Positions 60,231 to 64,000 of a stretch of 64,000 nucleotides of DNA are shown in pieces. Source of the DNA: an uncultured virus (IMG/VR IMGVR_UViG_3300022934_002389) (taxonomy: Duplodnaviria > Heunggongvirae > Uroviricota > Caudoviricetes); IMG/VR virus record IMGVR_UViG_3300022934_002389, positions 1-64,000 of that record; one strand, written 5' to 3'. How positions within the stretch are numbered: the stretch's first letter is position 1; the number at the start of each line of letters is the position of its first letter. The position numbers and the translations under genes are program-made. Below the pieces are notes generated by a model. The model was given only the letters and a program-made list of their open reading frames with translations, was not told where the DNA came from and did not search any database.

Positions 60231-60976
60231 CCCTTAACAAAAAAATGTTTATTGATTTAGACGAAATTATACAAGTTGAAAAGTGTCCAGATATAACAGA
60301 TATGATTGTGGATAGTGTGAATCATATCAGACACAACTGTAATATTAGAACTTTTGATCTCAAAGGAAATCAAATTAAAGATGCTTGGTATGCAAAACAG
60401 ATATTAGACTGTGACCTTAAAGATAATAAAAAAATATTACAAGCAGAACTAAAACATGGTGTTAGAAGTCCTTACTATGTATTAGCATTAAGAGAAGGTG
60501 GTCATGATAGTTATGTCTACGATTCGATAAACACAGATGATAATGTGTGGAAGAAGATAAAGTGGAAAGAAGATTTAAAAGACACTTTTGCCCCTCTAAT
60601 AGAATATATAGAATCTTTACCTTTAGATAGAATAGGTCATTGTAGTTTTTTTATAAACAGACCAGACATTATTCCTTGGTATCATGTCGATAGTGGCACA
60701 GACGACGAACTAGAAACGTGGAAACCGAAACCACACAGAGAAGAGTTTATATGGATAAACTTTAGCTCGGACAAAACATTTTACGTCTTAGACGAAAAGG
60801 TACCTGTTCCAATAACATCTAGAAGTGCTTTTTTTAACACAAACAACTATCATGGATCGCACGAAAGCACACCGAGGTATTCTTTCAGTTTACGTATTGA
60901 ATGCGTTTTTTCGGAAAAATTAAGACAACAAATGGGAATTGCTCATTTAGAAAGGTACTATTACGAAAATGTATAA
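60218..60976 (+). CDS. 2OG-Fe(II)/cupin-like oxygenase
   Basis: PWYHVD (HxD), EFIWI and FFNTNNYHGS...SLRIE. Confidence 0.55.
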   Translation: MEKLTLNKKMFIDLDEIIQVEKCPDITDMIVDSVNHIRHNCNIRTFDLKGNQIKDAWYAKQILDCDLKDNKKILQAELKHGVRSPYYVLALREGGHDSYVYDSINTDDNVWKKIKWKEDLKDTFAPLIEYIESLPLDRIGHCSFFINRPDIIPWYHVDSGTDDELETWKPKPHREEFIWINFSSDKTFYVLDEKVPVPITSRSAFFNTNNYHGSHESTPRYSFSLRIECVFSEKLRQQMGIAHLERYYYENV

Positions 60977-60993
60977 CAATAACGAGATATTTT

Positions 60994-61992
60994 ATGTCGA
61001 CTAAATTATTTGATTCTTTTGTGCATGATTTTTTAGAATGGAGCAAAACAAGTGTTGAACCAAAAAATGCTTGTCCATTTGCAAAAACTTCACGTGTCAA
61101 AAATCAAATACAATTTTTAGATGGCAGTTCTAATTTTGATGTTATTAAAGATTGGGATTCTTCTAAAGAAATGGGTGTGGTGTATCTTGGACAAGATGTA
61201 GACAAAGAAATAATAATGGAAAAAATATATAAAGCAAGGGCTAACGATCCTAGTAAAGTTTTTTTCTACACTGCACCTATTAAAGGAGTAAAAGATAATA
61301 ATCCCTTTCAGTGTATAATAATTCATAATAAAAAAGAATTTATGTTGAAACAGCGTATTTTATACGAAAAAGGAGACTATTATAAAAATTATCCAGGAGA
61401 AAAATTAGACAAATTTATAAGTGTCTATCCAATAACAAAAACAACAAAGCAAAAAATTGGAACTGCAAAGCAAGGTAAAGTATTCCAACATTATTTTAAA
61501 GGACAAGGTAGTGTTTTAGATATTGGAGGCGCAGCAGGTAATTTATTATACTATGTACCTATAGCACAATACACATGTATAGATGTAAATGAAAAAGCAA
61601 TCAAGTTAGGTAAAGAAATTTATCCTGAGCATAATTTTATACATTGGAATAGGTACAACAGATACTATAATAAAACAGGATATGCTCTTTTGGAGTTTCC
61701 AAAAGTCAGTCCACATGATTTTACATTTGTTAACAGTGTTTTTACCAGTTGTGATCACGACACTATAATGCACATAATGTCAAATATTCTTAAAATAACA
61801 AATAAAAAAGTTGTTTTTAGTGTATTTGATTATAACAACAAAGAATTAAAAAACAAGTTAGGAAATGCTGTAAATTATCATGACGTATTTAAATTAAAAA
61901 ATGTTTTAGAATTTGAATTTAAAATAGATTGTAAAGTTTATAATCCTTGTAGTATAGATAATAATTTTGCAGTGTTTAGTATAGAAAGGTAA
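60994..61992 (+). CDS. Fusion of CPFA-motif (DUF1415-like) domain and class I SAM methyltransferase
   Basis: N-terminal ACPFAK. C-terminal VLDIGGAAGN, YTCIDVN and DFTFVNSVFT. Start reassigned to ATG 60994. Confidence 0.7.
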   Translation: MSTKLFDSFVHDFLEWSKTSVEPKNACPFAKTSRVKNQIQFLDGSSNFDVIKDWDSSKEMGVVYLGQDVDKEIIMEKIYKARANDPSKVFFYTAPIKGVKDNNPFQCIIIHNKKEFMLKQRILYEKGDYYKNYPGEKLDKFISVYPITKTTKQKIGTAKQGKVFQHYFKGQGSVLDIGGAAGNLLYYVPIAQYTCIDVNEKAIKLGKEIYPEHNFIHWNRYNRYYNKTGYALLEFPKVSPHDFTFVNSVFTSCDHDTIMHIMSNILKITNKKVVFSVFDYNNKELKNKLGNAVNYHDVFKLKNVLEFEFKIDCKVYNPCSIDNNFAVFSIER

Positions 61993-61994
61993 AC

Positions 61995-62912
61995 ATGTAT
62001 AACAATCCTCTTAATAAATTAATTTGGGATAAAGTGCAAGAAATGTTTTATTGGAACATTGCACCAGAATCTCCAATATGCCAATTGCCGTTTACACAAG
62101 AATTTATTGACGCATGTGAACAAGAATTTTCAATGACTGTTCGTGATATGCATTATCCTATTTCCTTAGGAAAAGTTGATCAATGGTTTGGTAAACGTAT
62201 GCAAGATTTTGTAAAAGAAATTGACGCACAATATCAGCACAATTATTTTGTCGGAGAAAATGGAACTAGCACAACTGGTGTAGTAGGAACTATATATGAT
62301 GTTGACGAAAAACCTATTACAAACAAATGGAATATTAGAGGACAAGCACTTGTAGACAGATTACAGGCTATGCAAAAAGAAAATCCTAATTTAACAATTT
62401 TAGATATGGGTTGCGGAGTTAACGAATACAAAAAACATTTGAATAATGTTACTGGAGTTGATCCGTATAGAGAAGAAGCAGATATTTTGTCCAAGCAAAG
62501 TGATTTTATTACGCAAGGTAAAACTTGGGATATAATCATTTGCTTTGGCCCACAGAATTGGTATACTTACGATGAACAATTTAGAAACTTCAAAAAACTC
62601 AAAGAATGTTTGGCACCGGGCGGGTTACTTTTGTGGTCGCACGTACATCACTATTATAAAGTATTTCAGCCCGATCATCTTTATGCGCACACTTGGATAC
62701 ACGGAGACATGGATCATGCTCAACGTAATAGTGCTTTTTATTTTTATGATCGCGATTGGAAATATACTTGGTATTTCAATTGGACCGAACATGCCGTAGA
62801 AACACTTGCTAAACATGTAGGACTGTCTATTGATAAAGTAGATTATGATCATTGTAATTTATATAGACCGCCTATGTATAGAATATTTGTGGAGATGACA
62901 CATGAAAAATAG
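61995..62912 (+). CDS. Class I SAM-dependent methyltransferase with N-terminal extra domain
   Basis: ILDMGCG, TGVDP, WDIIIC and LAPGGLL. Confidence 0.8.
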   Translation: MYNNPLNKLIWDKVQEMFYWNIAPESPICQLPFTQEFIDACEQEFSMTVRDMHYPISLGKVDQWFGKRMQDFVKEIDAQYQHNYFVGENGTSTTGVVGTIYDVDEKPITNKWNIRGQALVDRLQAMQKENPNLTILDMGCGVNEYKKHLNNVTGVDPYREEADILSKQSDFITQGKTWDIIICFGPQNWYTYDEQFRNFKKLKECLAPGGLLLWSHVHHYYKVFQPDHLYAHTWIHGDMDHAQRNSAFYFYDRDWKYTWYFNWTEHAVETLAKHVGLSIDKVDYDHCNLYRPPMYRIFVEMTHEK

Positions 62913-63471
62913 ATGGGACGTAACAGTAGCAGCGTCTAATTATCATTGGGATCCTAACGCAAACGATAGCAATACTATTAGAATAATAAGTAATGTGTTT
63001 GATGAATGGAATGATGAAATCGAACGTGCTATAGAATTACAAAAACCTGTTATTAGTGACGGAACAATCGAAAAGCACATATCTGCCGGAACGCACATGT
63101 ATAACGGAGTTATAGTTGATACTACAGAATTTCCAATACTCGGTAGTATCGGTAAAAAACTAGGATTTGAAGAATATAATACAAGTATTCAAACACAAAC
63201 TACTGGAATGACAACTCCATTGCATATAGATTCATCTTCTGGAGATAAAGAAAGAGTTATTGTTATGCTTCAAGACTGGTACTGGGGACAAATACTTCAA
63301 TTTGGTAATATAGTATTACATAATTGGAAAGCAGGGGATGTATTATATTTTAGTATCAATGGTACACCGCATAGTACAGCAAATTTAAGTCCACATAGTA
63401 GAACTATAGCAAAAATTACAGGACGCACAACAGATGCATTTGAAAAATTATTAAAGGGAGAGTCTCAGTGA
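62902..63471 (+). CDS. 2OG-Fe(II)/cupin-like oxygenase
   Basis: QTTGMTTPLHID (HxD), RVIVMLQDW.WGQ..QFGN and WKAGD...PHSTAN...R. Confidence 0.65.
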   Translation: MKNRWDVTVAASNYHWDPNANDSNTIRIISNVFDEWNDEIERAIELQKPVISDGTIEKHISAGTHMYNGVIVDTTEFPILGSIGKKLGFEEYNTSIQTQTTGMTTPLHIDSSSGDKERVIVMLQDWYWGQILQFGNIVLHNWKAGDVLYFSINGTPHSTANLSPHSRTIAKITGRTTDAFEKLLKGESQ

Positions 63472-63495
63472 AAAATAGATGGGACGTAACAGTAG
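62903..63495 (+). repeat. 27 bp perfect direct repeat at the starts of two paralogous genes (62903-62929 and 63469-63495)
   Basis: TGAAAAATAGATGGGACGTAACAGTAG occurs in both places. Confidence 0.9.
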
Positions 63496-64000
63496 AACAA
63501 AGTAATTATGATTTTAATCCGTTTAGAGAAAGTGATCATGGCAAAAGCTTTAGAACAGTAGGAAATATAGAACCTACATGGAAAGATGAAATACCTATTG
63601 CAAATGCTAATCAATACGACTTTTATTGGCCTTCGCCTGTGTCTCCAGAAGGCGACAGTTTTAATTATGACTATGAAGAATTGCTTTGCAAGGATTGGGG
63701 TATACCTTTAGACTTTGTTGTATACAGACAGTGGACAACAACGGATGAAACACCAATACTAAACAGTCTAGCCGAACAAATCGGTTTAGAAAATGCACAA
63801 ACAAATATTCAAACTCAACATACAGGAATGATGCTACATTTACATATAGATAGTTTAACTGGTTTACGAAAAGAACGTACAGATCAAACAAGTAGTAGAG
63901 CAACAGACGATGAATGGGGTAGATGCTTTGTAATGCTTGATGATTGGGCACCTGGACATATTATTCAATTTGGTAATACCTACGTACCACCTTGGCATGC
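63468..64000 (+). CDS. Paralog of 62902 oxygenase, 3'-truncated by window
   Basis: Not in the ORF track because no stop codon falls in the window. GGGAG plus GTG start. MKNRWDVTVEQSNY...QTQHTGMMLHLHID...RCFVMLDDWAPGHIIQFGN. Confidence 0.75.
   Translation, partial: MKNRWDVTVEQSNYDFNPFRESDHGKSFRTVGNIEPTWKDEIPIANANQYDFYWPSPVSPEGDSFNYDYEELLCKDWGIPLDFVVYRQWTTTDETPILNSLAEQIGLENAQTNIQTQHTGMMLHLHIDSLTGLRKERTDQTSSRATDDEWGRCFVMLDDWAPGHIIQFGNTYVPPWH

Noticed and set aside
62..63951. Numerous short minus-strand and alternate-frame ORFs in the ORF track
   Set aside because: They lie wholly or almost wholly within long, motif-bearing + strand genes and show no recognisable motifs, so they are shadow ORFs.
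1..64000. Stop-codon reassignment as seen in some jumbo phages
   Set aside because: The standard code gives near-complete coding density, and TAA, TAG and TGA all end genes at sensible junctions.
15715..64000. Bacterial O-antigen/capsule locus next to a prophage
   Set aside because: No flippase, polymerase, ABC exporter or other obvious membrane proteins. Gene packing and late-promoter boxes are continuous with the virion genes.
1..64000. tRNA, rRNA, introns, inteins, transposases and intrinsic terminators
   Set aside because: Intergenic gaps are about 40 bp or less. I saw no cloverleaf, strong hairpin plus U-tract, homing endonuclease or intein motifs by eye. A covariance-model scan was not possible.

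Overview
An AT-rich, densely packed segment with every credible gene on the + strand, best explained as part of a large T4-like (jumbo) myovirus genome. Bases 1-15.7 kb encode virion proteins: the 5'-truncated end of a giant baseplate-like protein (>2450 aa), three fibre proteins sharing an N-terminal module, and two paralogous Ser/Thr/Gly-rich proteins. Several of these genes are preceded by T4-late-like TAAATA boxes. From about 16 kb to the window end there is an uninterrupted ~48 kb enzyme island. It holds 15 radical SAM genes (8 with an N-terminal Twitch/SPASM-like domain, 4 with a C-terminal or split-off one, 3 cobalamin-binding class B type), about 7 glycosyltransferase-like genes, a GDP-mannose 3,5-epimerase-like enzyme, an NDP-sugar dehydrogenase, 2 amidinotransferases, 2 PLP enzymes, 3 SGNH-like proteins, about 8 2OG-Fe(II)-like oxygenases, 3 methyltransferases and a peroxiredoxin-like protein lacking its peroxidatic Cys. 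My inference is that the island builds and tailors a heavily modified glycan or small molecule, possibly for decorating virion proteins. All product calls come from reading motifs by eye; no database searches were run. I saw no RNA genes, CRISPR arrays or mobile elements.
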